64,000 bases of DNA, taken from NCBI GenBank assembly GCA_016207245.1, contig JACQQA010000005.1, positions 68 to 64,067 on the forward strand, written 5' to 3'. Source of the DNA: Candidatus Magasanikiibacteriota bacterium (GTDB taxonomy: Bacteria > Patescibacteriota > Patescibacteriia > Magasanikbacterales > UBA922). The translations under genes and the position numbers were made by a program. The notes under the pieces were generated by a model that made no database searches, was not told the DNA's origin, and was given only the letters and a program-made list of their open reading frames with translations. Shown here in pieces: positions 17,621-28,785 of the stretch; the stretch's first letter is position 1; every line of letters starts with the position of its first letter.

Positions 17621-17675
17621 ATATTTATTATAAAGCAACCTACAAAATAGGTTGCTTTAATCTTAAACTTTATTT

Positions 17676-18920
17676 ATGTCGGAAATCACCAAAGCGATTC
17701 AATTCATCTGCGACGAGAAGGGGCTAACCTTTGAGTCGGTAATGGAAGCGATTGAGGCCGCGATGTCCGCGGCTTATCGCAAGGACTTCGGCAATCGCCA
17801 GCAAAATGTCAAAGTAAAATTTGACCCGGAAACTATGGGCATGGAAGTTTGGGATGAAAAAGAAGTCGTGGAAGATATTGACGAAGAAATTTTGTTAAAA
17901 GCCCAAGAAGAATTAACTAAACGCCGCGAGGAAGCGCAGAAAGAAGGCCGCGAATTAACCGAAGAAGAGATGGCGGATTTGGCGCGCTTCAATCCAAAAA
18001 TGCAGATAATGATTACGCAAGCGAAAGAGCAGGTTAAGAAAGCCAAAGTCGGCGAGATTATAAAAATTAAGCTTGAAGTGCCGGGAGAGTTCGGCCGCAT
18101 GGCCGCGCAAACCGCCAAGCAGGTGGTCATCCAGCGTTTGCGCGAGGCGGAGAGAAATACCGTCTATGATGAACTTAAAGATCAGGTTGGAAATATTATC
18201 CATGGCATTGTCCAGCGCAGAGATCGCGCAGGCGCGATAATTATTGATTTGGGGAAAGCGACGGCAACACTGCCGGCAGAAGAACAGATTTACGGCGAAC
18301 AATATCGTCCGGGCGCGCGCATGCGGTTTTTAATTGAAAAAGTGGAAATGGGCCAGCGCGGTTTGGAAATTATTTTATCTCGCGCGGGCAAGAAAATGGT
18401 GGAAACGATTTTCGCCGAAGAAATTCCGGAGATTGGTTCCGGCGCGGTGGAAATCAAGGGTTTGGCGCGCGATGCCGGCCATCGTTCCAAAGTCGCGGTC
18501 TGGACAGGCGATGATTCCATCGACCCAATCGGCGCTTGTATTGGCCAGCGCGGTAGCCGCATTACCACGATTATTGAAGGATTGGGCGGAGAAAAAATTG
18601 ACGTGATTCAATTCAGCGATGACGCGGCTGAATATATTAAACACGCCTTATCTCCGGCCAAAGTTACCGCGGTGTCTTTAAATGAAGAGACGAAAGAGGC
18701 GGCGGTTTATGTCGCCGCGGATCAATTTTCTTTGGCTATCGGCCGCGGCGGGCAGAATGTTCGTTTGGCCGCGGAGCTGACCGGTTGGAAATTAAATGTA
18801 GTGCAGAATGAGGGGGAAGAAAAAATTGTGAGCAGCGATGATGTGGTTGAAACTCCGGAAGCAGTGGCAGGCGAGGAAGAAAAGGTGGTCGAGGAAGAAA
18901 AAAAGAGTGATGAATCATGA
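17676..18920 (+). CDS. nusA: transcription termination/antitermination factor NusA
   Basis: 414 aa. NusA N-domain, S1 domain and two KH domains (IGQRGSRI, IGRGGQNVRLA). Confidence 0.92.
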   Translation: MSEITKAIQFICDEKGLTFESVMEAIEAAMSAAYRKDFGNRQQNVKVKFDPETMGMEVWDEKEVVEDIDEEILLKAQEELTKRREEAQKEGRELTEEEMADLARFNPKMQIMITQAKEQVKKAKVGEIIKIKLEVPGEFGRMAAQTAKQVVIQRLREAERNTVYDELKDQVGNIIHGIVQRRDRAGAIIIDLGKATATLPAEEQIYGEQYRPGARMRFLIEKVEMGQRGLEIILSRAGKKMVETIFAEEIPEIGSGAVEIKGLARDAGHRSKVAVWTGDDSIDPIGACIGQRGSRITTIIEGLGGEKIDVIQFSDDAAEYIKHALSPAKVTAVSLNEETKEAAVYVAADQFSLAIGRGGQNVRLAAELTGWKLNVVQNEGEEKIVSSDDVVETPEAVAGEEEKVVEEEKKSDES

Positions 18921-18982
18921 ATTAAGAATAAGGGGCGATGACGACGGGCTGTTATCGAATGGAAAATTTTAGTGAGGCAATG

Positions 18983-19006
18983 ACCGTCCTGAGAGGGGCG
19001 GTTTTT
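18983..19006 (+). terminator. rho-independent terminator after nusA
   Basis: ACCGUCC-UGAGAG-GGGCGGU hairpin followed by UUUUU. Confidence 0.65.
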
Positions 19007-19105
19007 GTTGCGACTGGAATTATTTTGTGTTAGTATACTGTCAGGTTATTTAGGTCAGGAGTTTGGTTCGTTGTATCCTGCTATTTGTATTCTGAATTCT
19101 GAAGT

Positions 19106-19681
19106 ATGATTTCATATATTAAAGGCAAAATTCTAGAAAAAAGCGAGCGGTCGATTTTGGTATTGACTGAAGGTGGAGTTGGGTATGAAGTGTGTGCTCA
19201 AGTGTTAAAGTGCGCAAGTTTGCAAGTTGGCGAGAACGTGAACCTGTACACATATTTGCGTGTGGGAGAGAACGCGTTGGATTTGTTTGGGTTTGAAACC
19301 CTGGAAGAAAAAAGTTTTTTTGAGTTATTATTAACCGTCAGCGGGATCGGACCTAAGAGCGCCATGCATATTTTGGAATTAGGCAGTTTGGAAGAAATCA
19401 GCGCGGCGATCGGTCGGGGCGATGTTGATTATCTCACGAAAGTCAGCGGTATTGGCAAGAAGACGGCGGAGAGGGTGGTGGTTGAGTTGAAGTCCAAAGT
19501 CATAAAGTCCGTAAAGTCCACAAAGCTCGGTGATAGCGAAGTGTTGGGTGAAGCGATAGATGGACTGGTGTCTTTGGGTTACAGCCGTGAAGAAGCCCGC
19601 GAGGCAGTGAGGGATTTGCCGGTTGAGAGCAAAGACACTGGAAAATTAGTAAAAGAAGCGTTGAGAAAGTTGGGAAAGTGA
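19106..19681 (+). CDS. ruvA: Holliday junction DNA helicase subunit RuvA
   Basis: 191 aa. OB domain, then two HhH motifs (VSGIGPKSA, VSGIGKKTAERVV). The linker contains a word-repeat insert, KSKVIKSVKSTK. Confidence 0.9.
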   Translation: MISYIKGKILEKSERSILVLTEGGVGYEVCAQVLKCASLQVGENVNLYTYLRVGENALDLFGFETLEEKSFFELLLTVSGIGPKSAMHILELGSLEEISAAIGRGDVDYLTKVSGIGKKTAERVVVELKSKVIKSVKSTKLGDSEVLGEAIDGLVSLGYSREEAREAVRDLPVESKDTGKLVKEALRKLGK

Positions 19682-19682
19682 A

Positions 19683-22163
19683 TCACAGCAACGTCATGCT
19701 CGCCACTTTGTCGCCCTCTTCTTTAAATCTCATTACTCGCACGCCTTGAGTGGCGCGGCCGAGAGTGGAAATGGTATCAAGCGGGACGCGAATGACTTGG
19801 CCGTTTACCGAAATAGCCATTAAGTCGCGTTCTTCGGTGTTATTTATTATCGCCATGCTGATAATTTTTCCGGTTTTTGCCGTTACGGCCATAGTCTTGA
19901 TGCCGCTGCCGCCGCGGCCTTGCACTTTATATTCTGACAAAGCGGTGCGTTTTCCTAAACCGTTTTCTGAAATCACCAGCAATTCTAATACGGCTTTTTT
20001 CACCAATTCCGGCTGGACAATATCCATGCCCACGATATAATCTTTGCCTTTCAATCGCATACCGCGCACGCCGGAAGCGTTGCGGCCCATGGCGCGCACA
20101 TTGGCTTCTCTAAATCTAATCGCTTGTCCGCCGTCAGTGGCAATGACAATTTCGTCTTTGCCGGTTGACGGTTTGACCCACTCCAAATTATCATCAGGCT
20201 TCAATTTTAACGCGATCAAGCCGGAACGGCGTACATTGGAGAAATCAGATAGGGCGGTTTTTTTAATTGTGCCTTTGTTGGTCACCATTACCAAAAATTG
20301 GTGCTGATTCAAACTGCTCATTGACAGAATGGCGGAAAGTTTTTCATTCGGAGCGAGCTGGAGAAAATTTACCACTGCCTGTCCTTTGGAAGTGCGCGTG
20401 GCCGGAGGAATATCATAGGCCATCATTTGAAACACGCGGCCGCGAGTGGTGAAGAACAACAAATTATCATGAGTATTGGTGGTTAACAGTTGGTCAACGA
20501 CGTCTTCTTCTTTGGTCGTCAAACCAATCACGCCTTTGCCGCCGCGGCCTTGGGTTTTAAAAGTATCAGGCGCGACCCGTTTGATATAGCCGTCGCGAGT
20601 GGTCATGACCACGATTGATTCATTCGGGATCAAATCTTCAGTGGTAAATTCTTTTACGCCGTGGGCGACAATTTGGGTGCGGCGTTCGTCGCCGTATTTT
20701 TCTTTTATTTCTTTAATTTCGTTTGTTATTATATTTAAGATTTTTTTTGGGCTGTGCAAAATTGATTCCAATTCTTTTATCAGAGTGCGTTTCTCTTTTA
20801 ATTCATCCTCAATTTTTTGCCGCTCCAGATTCGCCAATTGTTGGAGTTTCATTTCCAAAATGGCGACTGCCTGCCGCTCGGTAAACTTGAATTTGCTCAT
20901 CAAGTTTATTTTGGCGTCGTCTTTATCTTTGGATTTGCGGATAGTGTTGATTACCAAATCAATTTTATCCAGCGCTTTGCTCAAACCCTCCAAAATGTGC
21001 GCGCGTTCTTGCGCTTTGTTTAAATCAAATTCAGCGCGGCGGCGAATGACTTCTTGACGGTGTTTCACGTATTCTTCCAATACCGATTTCAGATTAAGCA
21101 CGCGCGGCTGGATGCCGTCAACGAGCGCGAGCATGTTGATGTGAAAAGTCGTTTGTAATTCGGTCATGTTGAACAACTGGTTTAGCACTTTTTTCGGATA
21201 AGAATCTTTTTTCAGCTCAACCACGATGCGGACGCCGTCTTTGTTTGATTCATCGCGCAAGTCTTTGATGCCTTCAAGTTTTTTCTCCTGCACCAAGGTT
21301 GCGATTTTTTCAATCAGGGTTGATTTGTTAACTTGGTATGGGATTTCATTGACGACGATTTGGAACAAACCGGATTTATTTTCTTGAATATCAGTTTTAG
21401 CTCGAATGACGATTCCGCCTTTGCCGGTCGCGTAAGCCGCGGCAATGTCTTTGTTGTTGTAGATAATACCGCCGGTCGGGAAATCCGGGCCTTTGACCAG
21501 TTCCATCAATTCTTCAATCGTGATTTTCGGATCATTAATCAGCGCGGTAAGACCGTCGCAAAGTTCTGTTAAATTGTGCGGCGGGATATTTGTCGCCATG
21601 CCGACCGCGATGCCCATAGTGCCGTTTAACAACAGATTAGGGAGTTTGCTCGGCAAAACTATTGGTTCATTCGTTGAACCGTCATAGTTCGGCGCGAAGT
21701 TGACAGTGTTTCTTTCAATATCCAATAGCATTTCTTCCGCGATTGCTGACAACTTGGCTTCGGTGTAGCGCATGGCCGCGGCTGAATCTCCATCCATGGA
21801 ACCGAAGTTGCCTTGGCCATAAACCAAAGGGTTGCGCATGGCAAATTCTTGCGCCATTCTCACCATGGAATCATAAATCGCTGAGTCGCCGTGCGGATGG
21901 TATTTGGCCATCACTTCACCAACCACATGCGCGGATTTGCGAAATTTGGCATTGTGTTTCAAACCGATATTCCACATGGCGTAAAGAATGCGGCGATGCA
22001 CCGGCTTCAAACCATCTCGCACATCAGGCAAGGCGCGAGAAACAATCACGCTCATCGCGTAATCCATGTAGGATGTTTTCATTTCATCCACAAGAGCAAT
22101 CGGCTCCACTTTGCCGATAGGAGCCAGTATTAGTTTTTCTTGATTTGGTTTTGCGTCTTTCAT
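19683..22163 (-). CDS. gyrA: DNA gyrase subunit A
   Basis: 826 aa. [16 protein letters not shown], active-site [10 protein letters not shown], and C-terminal beta-pinwheel repeats. Confidence 0.95.
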   Translation of the reverse strand: MKDAKPNQEKLILAPIGKVEPIALVDEMKTSYMDYAMSVIVSRALPDVRDGLKPVHRRILYAMWNIGLKHNAKFRKSAHVVGEVMAKYHPHGDSAIYDSMVRMAQEFAMRNPLVYGQGNFGSMDGDSAAAMRYTEAKLSAIAEEMLLDIERNTVNFAPNYDGSTNEPIVLPSKLPNLLLNGTMGIAVGMATNIPPHNLTELCDGLTALINDPKITIEELMELVKGPDFPTGGIIYNNKDIAAAYATGKGGIVIRAKTDIQENKSGLFQIVVNEIPYQVNKSTLIEKIATLVQEKKLEGIKDLRDESNKDGVRIVVELKKDSYPKKVLNQLFNMTELQTTFHINMLALVDGIQPRVLNLKSVLEEYVKHRQEVIRRRAEFDLNKAQERAHILEGLSKALDKIDLVINTIRKSKDKDDAKINLMSKFKFTERQAVAILEMKLQQLANLERQKIEDELKEKRTLIKELESILHSPKKILNIITNEIKEIKEKYGDERRTQIVAHGVKEFTTEDLIPNESIVVMTTRDGYIKRVAPDTFKTQGRGGKGVIGLTTKEEDVVDQLLTTNTHDNLLFFTTRGRVFQMMAYDIPPATRTSKGQAVVNFLQLAPNEKLSAILSMSSLNQHQFLVMVTNKGTIKKTALSDFSNVRRSGLIALKLKPDDNLEWVKPSTGKDEIVIATDGGQAIRFREANVRAMGRNASGVRGMRLKGKDYIVGMDIVQPELVKKAVLELLVISENGLGKRTALSEYKVQGRGGSGIKTMAVTAKTGKIISMAIINNTEERDLMAISVNGQVIRVPLDTISTLGRATQGVRVMRFKEEGDKVASMTLL

Positions 22164-22169
22164 ATTTTT

Positions 22170-22751
22170 TTACAATGATACTGCCGCGGGTTCTGTTGAC
22201 GACGCAGTTGTGCTGGTCGTTATGGCGTCTGGTAGATTTTTAACTTGTGTTATTAATAATTTAATATCGGTTTTGATTTTTTCTTTTATGGTTTCTTTTT
22301 TGTCAGTTGCGTCATCCGGCGCTCCCACCTCTTGCCACACCGTGCGCAGATCGTCTTTAACCGGGTCCGGTAGCCAGCCTTTGTCAGGCCCATTTCCTTG
22401 TGTGGCGTCGGTAATCAATACATACATATTCCAGCCCCACATACTGAAAATCACCAGACAGAATACTACCACTCCGGTCCACAACCAGCGCGTTTGACGC
22501 GGATCGTGGCGCATGCGCGCTTGGTTGTTAGAACGCGGCGCTTCCGGCTGGGTTTGGATTGGTTCCGGCGCTTGTTCAATCTCTGCGGCTCCTGTCTGCG
22601 GTTCAGGTTTTGATAAACGCACTCGCTCAACAATCAAGCCCGGCAGTTTTTCAACAGCTTTTCTAATATCTTGCCGCAAATTTTTTTTTGCTTTGCTCGC
22701 CTTACTTTTACCTCGCTTGACAGGCATACTATTGAAATTTTCAATTACCAA
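22170..22751 (-). CDS. hypothetical membrane protein
   Basis: 193 aa. Basic N-terminus, one TM helix (WLWTGVVVFCLVIFSMWGW). Directly downstream of gyrA on the same strand. Confidence 0.5.
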   Translation of the reverse strand: MVIENFNSMPVKRGKSKASKAKKNLRQDIRKAVEKLPGLIVERVRLSKPEPQTGAAEIEQAPEPIQTQPEAPRSNNQARMRHDPRQTRWLWTGVVVFCLVIFSMWGWNMYVLITDATQGNGPDKGWLPDPVKDDLRTVWQEVGAPDDATDKKETIKEKIKTDIKLLITQVKNLPDAITTSTTASSTEPAAVSL

Positions 22752-22771
22752 TTACCAATTTTCAAACTTCT

Positions 22772-23389
22772 TCACTCTTTAGAGAGTAAAATGACCTGTG
22801 TCTCTTCCTGTGGCAGGCTTTTGTTTTTAATGATAACTTTCTTTTCCGCTTGGACTTTGCCGGCGACGCCCATTTCTTTCAAAAATTTTTCTACCGGTTC
22901 AAAATCGGGATTATTGTCGGATTTATAGGCAATCGGAATGACAATTCGCGGTTCAATCGCGTTAACGGCTTTGGCCGCGGCCTCGGCGTCATAACAATTT
23001 CTTCCGCCGACCGGCACGAGCAGAATATCCACATCCGACAACGTTTCCAGCTGTTGGTCAGTCAGTGGCTGGTTAATTGAGCCCAAATGCGCGAGGCTTA
23101 AATGTTCGGCATCTAGACGAAACATAATTTGTCCATCTTCGTGGCCTTGGATTGCGGTTATCAGCACGCCTTTGGTTTCACATTCGCCGGGCGTGTCTAA
23201 AATAAACGGATTGCCGGAAAGGGTGATTGAGTCAGCCGCGCCATGGGTAAACAGGCCGATATCAGTGGATAAGTTGCGCGGAAATTCACCGGTTTTTGGC
23301 CGGTAAGCATCAATGACGACATCCACGTCTTTATCAAATGGTTTCACTTGAATGCGGACAGCGATATTGCCGAGCCATGAGATATGCAT
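22772..23389 (-). CDS. MBL-fold metallo-hydrolase (UPF0173-like)
   Basis: 205 aa. N-terminal HISWLGNIAVRI and the conserved-size beta-lactamase fold pattern. Motif-level call only. Confidence 0.6.
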   Translation of the reverse strand: MHISWLGNIAVRIQVKPFDKDVDVVIDAYRPKTGEFPRNLSTDIGLFTHGAADSITLSGNPFILDTPGECETKGVLITAIQGHEDGQIMFRLDAEHLSLAHLGSINQPLTDQQLETLSDVDILLVPVGGRNCYDAEAAAKAVNAIEPRIVIPIAYKSDNNPDFEPVEKFLKEMGVAGKVQAEKKVIIKNKSLPQEETQVILLSKE

Positions 23390-23494
23390 AATTGAATCTA
23401 AAATCCTAAATCTAAAATCCTAAATTGCGTTTAGAATTGATGATATTATACATTATGTTTACTTATTGTGCAAGGCCGGCACAAGGGCAGGGTG

Positions 23495-23523
23495 TTGACA
23501 TTTTGCAGCCCACATTATATAAT
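23495..23523 (+). promoter_or_regulatory. consensus sigma70 promoter (TTGACA-17-TATAAT) of rpsA
   Basis: TTGACA at 23495-23500, a 17-nt spacer, TATAAT at 23518-23523. Confidence 0.75.
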
Positions 23524-23597
23524 CCGGACACTTATTTATTCCGCCTTAGGGTGGTGCCCGACGGGTTCGTCGCCTGTTGGTTAAATTTAATTTTAAT

Positions 23598-24773
23598 ATG
23601 AAAGACGAAAAAGACAGCGCGGGCCAAAACAGCAATAGTTTCGCCGCTTTGTTTAAGAATTTTTTTACCAAAACTCCGCAAGTTGATGATTTGGTAAAAG
23701 GAAAAGTTATTTCCGTGGAAAGCGGCGCTGTCCGCATGGACATTGACGGAATGATAACCGGCGTGGTGCGCGGACCGGAACTATATGCCGAGTCGCGCGA
23801 GTTTTCCAACATCAAAGTCGGCGATGAGGTGGAAGCGACCGTATTGGAATTGGAAAATGAAAACGGCGAAATGGAACTTTCTTTCCGCGCCGCGGGACAT
23901 CGTTTAGTTTGGTCTCGCATGGAGAAGTATAAAGAAGACGGCCTGACGATTGGCGCTAAAGTGACTCAAGCAAACCGAGGCGGGCTGATGATGCAGGTGG
24001 ATTCTTTGTCCGGTTTTATGCCGGTGTCGCAATTAAGCCCGGATAATTATCCGCGCGTGCCGGGCGGGGACCGCAATCGTATTTTGGAACATTTGCAAAA
24101 ATTAATCGGCCGCGAACTGCAAGTGAAAGTGATTGACGTCAATGATAAAGAAGAAAAATTGATCGTGTCGGAAAAAGCGGTTTGGGAAGATGATCAGAAA
24201 GCGGTTTTAGATTCATACAAAGTCGGCGACACAGTTGAAGGCGAAGTAAGCGCCCTAACTTCTTTCGGCGCGTTTATCAAATTTGGCGAAGGGTTGGAAG
24301 GGCTCGTGCACATTTCGGAAATTGTTTGGCAGAGAATTGATCATCCCAAAGATGTGTTGAAAGTCGGCGACCGCGTGAAAGCGCAGGTGATTGACATCAA
24401 CAAATCAAAAATTTATTTATCCATCAAACGACTGGTGGACGATCCGTGGAAAACCGTTAAAGATAAATATAAAGTCGGCCAGGAAGTGGAAGGCGAGATA
24501 CACAAAATTGAAGCCTTTGGTTTGATGATCAAACTTGATAACGATATCCACGGTTTGGCGCACATTTCCGAACTCGGCGCTCGTGATCCGAAAGAATTGA
24601 GGGACAGATTCAAAATCGGCCAGAAAGAAAAGTTTGAAGTGATTTCGGTTGAGCCGTCGGAGCATAGATTGGGTTTGAAGCTGACTGGGACAGCGAAAGA
24701 AAAAAAGGCGGTCGTGGCGGAGAAAAAGGAGGAAAAAATAGAGGAAAAAGTTGAGGAGAAGAAAGAGGAATAA
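23598..24773 (+). CDS. rpsA: 30S ribosomal protein S1 (four S1 domains)
   Basis: Four tandem S1 OB-fold repeats (GKVISV.., GAKVTQ.., VEGEVSALTSFGAFIKF, VEGEIHKIEAFGLMIKL). ATG at 23598. K/E-rich tail. Confidence 0.85.
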   Translation: MKDEKDSAGQNSNSFAALFKNFFTKTPQVDDLVKGKVISVESGAVRMDIDGMITGVVRGPELYAESREFSNIKVGDEVEATVLELENENGEMELSFRAAGHRLVWSRMEKYKEDGLTIGAKVTQANRGGLMMQVDSLSGFMPVSQLSPDNYPRVPGGDRNRILEHLQKLIGRELQVKVIDVNDKEEKLIVSEKAVWEDDQKAVLDSYKVGDTVEGEVSALTSFGAFIKFGEGLEGLVHISEIVWQRIDHPKDVLKVGDRVKAQVIDINKSKIYLSIKRLVDDPWKTVKDKYKVGQEVEGEIHKIEAFGLMIKLDNDIHGLAHISELGARDPKELRDRFKIGQKEKFEVISVEPSEHRLGLKLTGTAKEKKAVVAEKKEEKIEEKVEEKKEE

Positions 24774-24796
24774 AAGACCAAAAGATTGTAAGATTG

Positions 24797-24826
24797 AAAA
24801 GACCACCCGAGAAGGTGGTCTTTTTT
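24797..24826. terminator. bidirectional rho-independent terminator
   Basis: AAAA-GACCACC-CGAGAA-GGUGGUC-UUUUUU, between the convergent rpsA and the 24833-25090 ORF. Confidence 0.8.
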
Positions 24827-24832
24827 GATGAG

Positions 24833-25090
24833 CTATTCTTTCACCGGACAAATTTTTGGTTCGTGACTCGTGTTGATGCCATTTATTTCTTGCACGCAAT
24901 CCTCCGCATCTTTTTTAGAGTCAAATGATTCCACCCACCCTCCGCCTTTTGGTTTGCCTTCCATGTCCAAGAAAGTTGCCATAACCATAAATTGACCTTT
25001 CTGCGGGCTTCCGAGCCCGCCTCGGTATTTCTTGCGAAGAATTATATTCTCTGTTGGATCGGAGAATTCTCCTCTATCGTATTGCGGCAT
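24833..25090 (-). CDS. hypothetical small protein
   Basis: 85-aa ORF directly downstream of the GNAT-fusion gene on the same strand. AT-rich. Confidence 0.45.
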   Translation of the reverse strand: MPQYDRGEFSDPTENIILRKKYRGGLGSPQKGQFMVMATFLDMEGKPKGGGWVESFDSKKDAEDCVQEINGINTSHEPKICPVKE

Positions 25091-25112
25091 ATTTTTTTAT
25101 TTAAATTTAATT

Positions 25113-26495
25113 TTATTCAACTATTATTTCATTGTAATCGCTAGTTTCTTCTTCAGCTATTGCTTCAGATGTACCCATCAAAATTGTTGTAAGTTTGTCA
25201 GTAAATAATTTAGTAAGTCTTTGGCCCATTGTATCATCCCCACTATCGTGATGTTTTTTTTGTTTCACATGTGTTGCACCCGCAACAACTAAATATTTTC
25301 CTGGATGTTTCTGATAATACGTACTGATGTTGTCAAACATGTCCTCATCTCTAGATTCACCTCGTAAAAAGTATACCCCATATCTTGATTTGTGTGGATA
25401 TTCTTCGGTCGGTAATTTTGATGAATCAACACAAACGGCTTGTTTACCAAATTGTTTAATTTTATCTAGTAACAAAAGTAAACCACCTCTTATGTTTTTA
25501 CCCTCTCTTTCAGCGTCTGCAAAAAATTTTTTTAGTTTTTCATCTGTTTCTCCGGTTTTCATGTATAAGTCAAAAGAAGATTGGTATGTCACTGGTATTT
25601 CAAAAAATATTCCATTAATTTGTGATAAGAATTGGTTAAGGAATTTCATTATTGTTTCGAGGTGAGCGCCATGATGTGTCTCGGCTAAGACCACAATTTC
25701 AGCTTTTTTAAAATAATCTTTTAATTCAGCAGGTTGTTCTTGTCGTGTTTCATTTTCTTTTGTAACATTTTCTGTCGTTTTTTCCATAATCAGCATCCAT
25801 TGTTCTGGATTTTTGTCTTTTGCATCACTAAGATTTTTTACGTCAATGCCGACCCATCCTTGGTCAAGCAAAATTTTAATGGCAGGTAAATTTGAAAGCT
25901 GTATTTCTCGCAGTTCTCCAAGCGGCTCTTTTTTCCTTTCATGTTTTGATTTGCCATTTATTTTTTTGGTTACAGTAAATTTACCCGCTTGTTTATCGTC
26001 GTCGTAGAACTCAAGACCAATTACGGTATAATCATCATTTAATTTAGTTACCAAAGCAATCGGGTTTTCAGTGAATACATCTCCGCTTACCGAAGAACAG
26101 CCGTTGCGTCTGGCGTATTCTACGCGGATGTTTTCTAATTGTTTGGATAAACCTTTGCCTCGCAAATTTTCATCAACACTTAGAAACGATAGGTAACCGT
26201 CTTTGTCTGTTTCGTCCTTGGTACGGATGTCTAATTTGCCTGTGGCAATTATGCGGTTGTCTTTTTTGATGCCGAAAAAATATACAGGGTGATCCGCTCG
26301 TCTTATTTCATAAAGTGTCAGTTTGGCTTCGCGAAGGGCTGCCTTTTTTTCCTTCTCGGGGTCAGAAAAAAGTGCCATGCCATTGTTTTGGTAGACGGCA
26401 AGCCAGAATTGAGCGAGCTCTTCTTCAGAAGTGAGTTCGGTCGGAATAAGTTGCTCTTTGTATATTTCTTGAGTGTGTGAGTCTTCCCTTTTCAT
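25113..26495 (-). CDS. GNAT acetyltransferase fused to a ChaN/Tiki/erythromycin-esterase-like domain
   Basis: 460 aa. GNAT acetyl-CoA loop LRGKGLSKQL in the N-terminal half. The C-terminal half has VVLAETHHGAH plus later acidic/His positions, resembling the GExH-type ChaN/TraB/Tiki superfamily. Strongly AT-rich compared with neighbouring genes. Confidence 0.55.
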   Translation of the reverse strand: MKREDSHTQEIYKEQLIPTELTSEEELAQFWLAVYQNNGMALFSDPEKEKKAALREAKLTLYEIRRADHPVYFFGIKKDNRIIATGKLDIRTKDETDKDGYLSFLSVDENLRGKGLSKQLENIRVEYARRNGCSSVSGDVFTENPIALVTKLNDDYTVIGLEFYDDDKQAGKFTVTKKINGKSKHERKKEPLGELREIQLSNLPAIKILLDQGWVGIDVKNLSDAKDKNPEQWMLIMEKTTENVTKENETRQEQPAELKDYFKKAEIVVLAETHHGAHLETIMKFLNQFLSQINGIFFEIPVTYQSSFDLYMKTGETDEKLKKFFADAEREGKNIRGGLLLLLDKIKQFGKQAVCVDSSKLPTEEYPHKSRYGVYFLRGESRDEDMFDNISTYYQKHPGKYLVVAGATHVKQKKHHDSGDDTMGQRLTKLFTDKLTTILMGTSEAIAEEETSDYNEIIVE

Positions 26496-26552
26496 AATAG
26501 ATTAATAATACTAACAAATATGGAAAAAGACAATACTTTCGTCGGTTTGTTC

Positions 26553-26580
26553 TTGACTTTTAATCTCTTTTTGCTATACT
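26553..26580 (+). promoter_or_regulatory. sigma70 promoter (TTGACT-16-TATACT) of ftsH
   Basis: TTGACT at 26553-26558 and TATACT at 26575-26580. Confidence 0.6.
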
Positions 26581-26649
26581 AAACTTCGTTGTTTTAACAG
26601 CATTGATTCAGACTGATTTAACATTGATTACACAGATTTTGGAACGAAT

Positions 26650-28479
26650 ATGAAAAATCTTTTGAAAAATTTTACTATCATTTTTTTTGTCCTGCTTTTG
26701 GTGGCCGGGTTGTTGAGTTTTTCCTCTTCGGCAAAGCCAAAGACCGAGCCGGCAGGGATCAGCCAACTGGTGCAAGAAATAAATGATGGCGCGGTTAAGG
26801 AAATTAAGGTGCGCGGGGACGATTTGGTCGTCGCGTTAAAGGATGAAACGGCCAAACAACAGATAGTAAAAAAAGAGTATGGGCAGTCGTTTTCCGAGCT
26901 GATGGACAATTACAAAGTTTCCGCGGAAAAATTACAGCAAGTTAAAGTGGAAGTAGTGGATGAATCCGGCGCGGCGTATTGGTTCAAATCGTTGTTGCCA
27001 TTTTTAGTGCCGGTCTTGCTGGTTTTGGTTATTATTTATTTCATGAGCCGGCAAGTGCAGGGCATGAATAATCGGGCGATGGGTTTTGGTCAGAGCGCGG
27101 CGCGGCAAACAAAGCCGGATGACAAAAATCAGAAAACTTTCAAAGATGTGGCGGGCGCGAAAGAAGCGAAAGAAGAATTGTTTGAAATTGTTGAGTTTTT
27201 GAAAGAGCCTAAACGTTTTACGGAAATGGGCGCGAAGATTCCTAAAGGCGTTTTGCTGATGGGCGCGCCGGGCACGGGAAAAACTTTGTTAGCCAAAGCA
27301 GTCGCGGGCGAAGCGGGCGTGCCGTTCTTTTCAATTTCCGGTTCGGAATTCGTGGAAATGTTTGTCGGCGTTGGCGCGTCGCGCGTTCGGGATTTATTTA
27401 CCCGCGCCAAAAAATCCGCGCCGGCGATCGTGTTTATTGATGAAATTGACGCCGTGGGACGCAAGCGCGGTTCCGGGTTGGGCGGATCGCATGATGAGCG
27501 CGAGCAAACTTTAAATCAGATTTTGGTGGAGATGGATGGCTTTGATCCGAATTTGGGCGTAATCGTCGTCGCCGCGACAAACCGGCCCGATGTGTTGGAC
27601 CCGGCTTTATTGCGGCCCGGCCGTTTTGATCGCCGCGTGGTGATTGATTTGCCGGACATCGCCGACCGCGAGGAAATTCTTAAAGTCCACGCCATTGGCA
27701 AGCCGATTTCCAAATCAGTATCTTTGCGCAATGTCGCTGAACGCACGCCCGGATTTTCCGGCGCGGATTTAGCCAATCTTTTGAACGAGGCCGCGATTTT
27801 AACCGTGCGGCGAAATAAAAAAGAAGTGACGGAAACCGAGGTTTGGGAAAGTATTGATAAAGTTTTGCTCGGACCGGAGAAAAAATCGCGCGTAATGTCT
27901 GACCAAGAACGGGAGATGACCGCTTATCACGAAGCCGGCCACGCCATTGTCGGACACTTTTTGCCGAATTGCGATCCAATACGCAAGGTTTCCATTATCG
28001 GCCGCGGCTTGGCCGGCGGCTACACTTTGAGCATGCCGGAAAAGGATGTCCGTTACCAGACATTGGCAAGATTCAAAGATGATTTGGCGATGATGCTCGG
28101 CGGCTATGTTACGGAAAAGTTAATTTACGGCGATGAGCAGATTTCCACCGGTCCGTCCAGCGATTTGAAAAAAGCCACGCAAACCGCGACCTCAATGGTG
28201 ATGCGCTATGGCATGAGCGATAAACTTGGCCCGCGACGGTATGGCGACAATGAGGAATTGATTTTTTTGGCGCAAGAAATTCATGAGAAAAAAAATTACA
28301 GCGAAAAAACCGCGGAAATGATTGATCACGAAATCAATCGTTTATTAGACGAAGCTCTCAAAACCTCGGGAAAAATCATCCAGGAAAATAAAAATAAGAT
28401 GGATAAATTAGTGAAAGTTTTGATGGAGAAAGAAATCGTGGAGCAAGAAGAGTTTAATACGATAATGTCAAATGTCTAA
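26650..28479 (+). CDS. ftsH: ATP-dependent zinc metalloprotease FtsH
   Basis: 609 aa. Two TM helices, Walker A GAPGTGKT, Walker [12 protein letters not shown], and zinc site HEAGHA. Confidence 0.95.
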   Translation: MKNLLKNFTIIFFVLLLVAGLLSFSSSAKPKTEPAGISQLVQEINDGAVKEIKVRGDDLVVALKDETAKQQIVKKEYGQSFSELMDNYKVSAEKLQQVKVEVVDESGAAYWFKSLLPFLVPVLLVLVIIYFMSRQVQGMNNRAMGFGQSAARQTKPDDKNQKTFKDVAGAKEAKEELFEIVEFLKEPKRFTEMGAKIPKGVLLMGAPGTGKTLLAKAVAGEAGVPFFSISGSEFVEMFVGVGASRVRDLFTRAKKSAPAIVFIDEIDAVGRKRGSGLGGSHDEREQTLNQILVEMDGFDPNLGVIVVAATNRPDVLDPALLRPGRFDRRVVIDLPDIADREEILKVHAIGKPISKSVSLRNVAERTPGFSGADLANLLNEAAILTVRRNKKEVTETEVWESIDKVLLGPEKKSRVMSDQEREMTAYHEAGHAIVGHFLPNCDPIRKVSIIGRGLAGGYTLSMPEKDVRYQTLARFKDDLAMMLGGYVTEKLIYGDEQISTGPSSDLKKATQTATSMVMRYGMSDKLGPRRYGDNEELIFLAQEIHEKKNYSEKTAEMIDHEINRLLDEALKTSGKIIQENKNKMDKLVKVLMEKEIVEQEEFNTIMSNV

Positions 28480-28661
28480 CTACTAATGCCAAATGAAATG
28501 TCCAATTCAAAAAGAGTTGGGCTTTTTATTGATGATGTTTTAGGAGTGTCGTCATGAAATTATCGTGATTACCGAGGCGCTAAAAATTGGTGTTCGTATA
28601 CCGGCCGAGTTTACTCTCCATTCTCACCGTCGGCAAATATTATATCAAATTTTTTGAAATG

Positions 28662-28690
28662 AAAACAGCCCCTTTCGGGGTTGTTTTTTT
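28662..28690. terminator. bidirectional rho-independent terminator
   Basis: AAAACAGCCCC-UUUC-GGGGUUGUUUUUUU, between the convergent ftsH and clpP. Confidence 0.75.
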
Positions 28691-28785
28691 GGGTACGTTC
28701 CGCGTATGCGGTTTCACCAATTGATACCTAGATAGAGTATATCAAATGGAATCAAACTTGTCAAGCATAATTATCCACACGTTTT

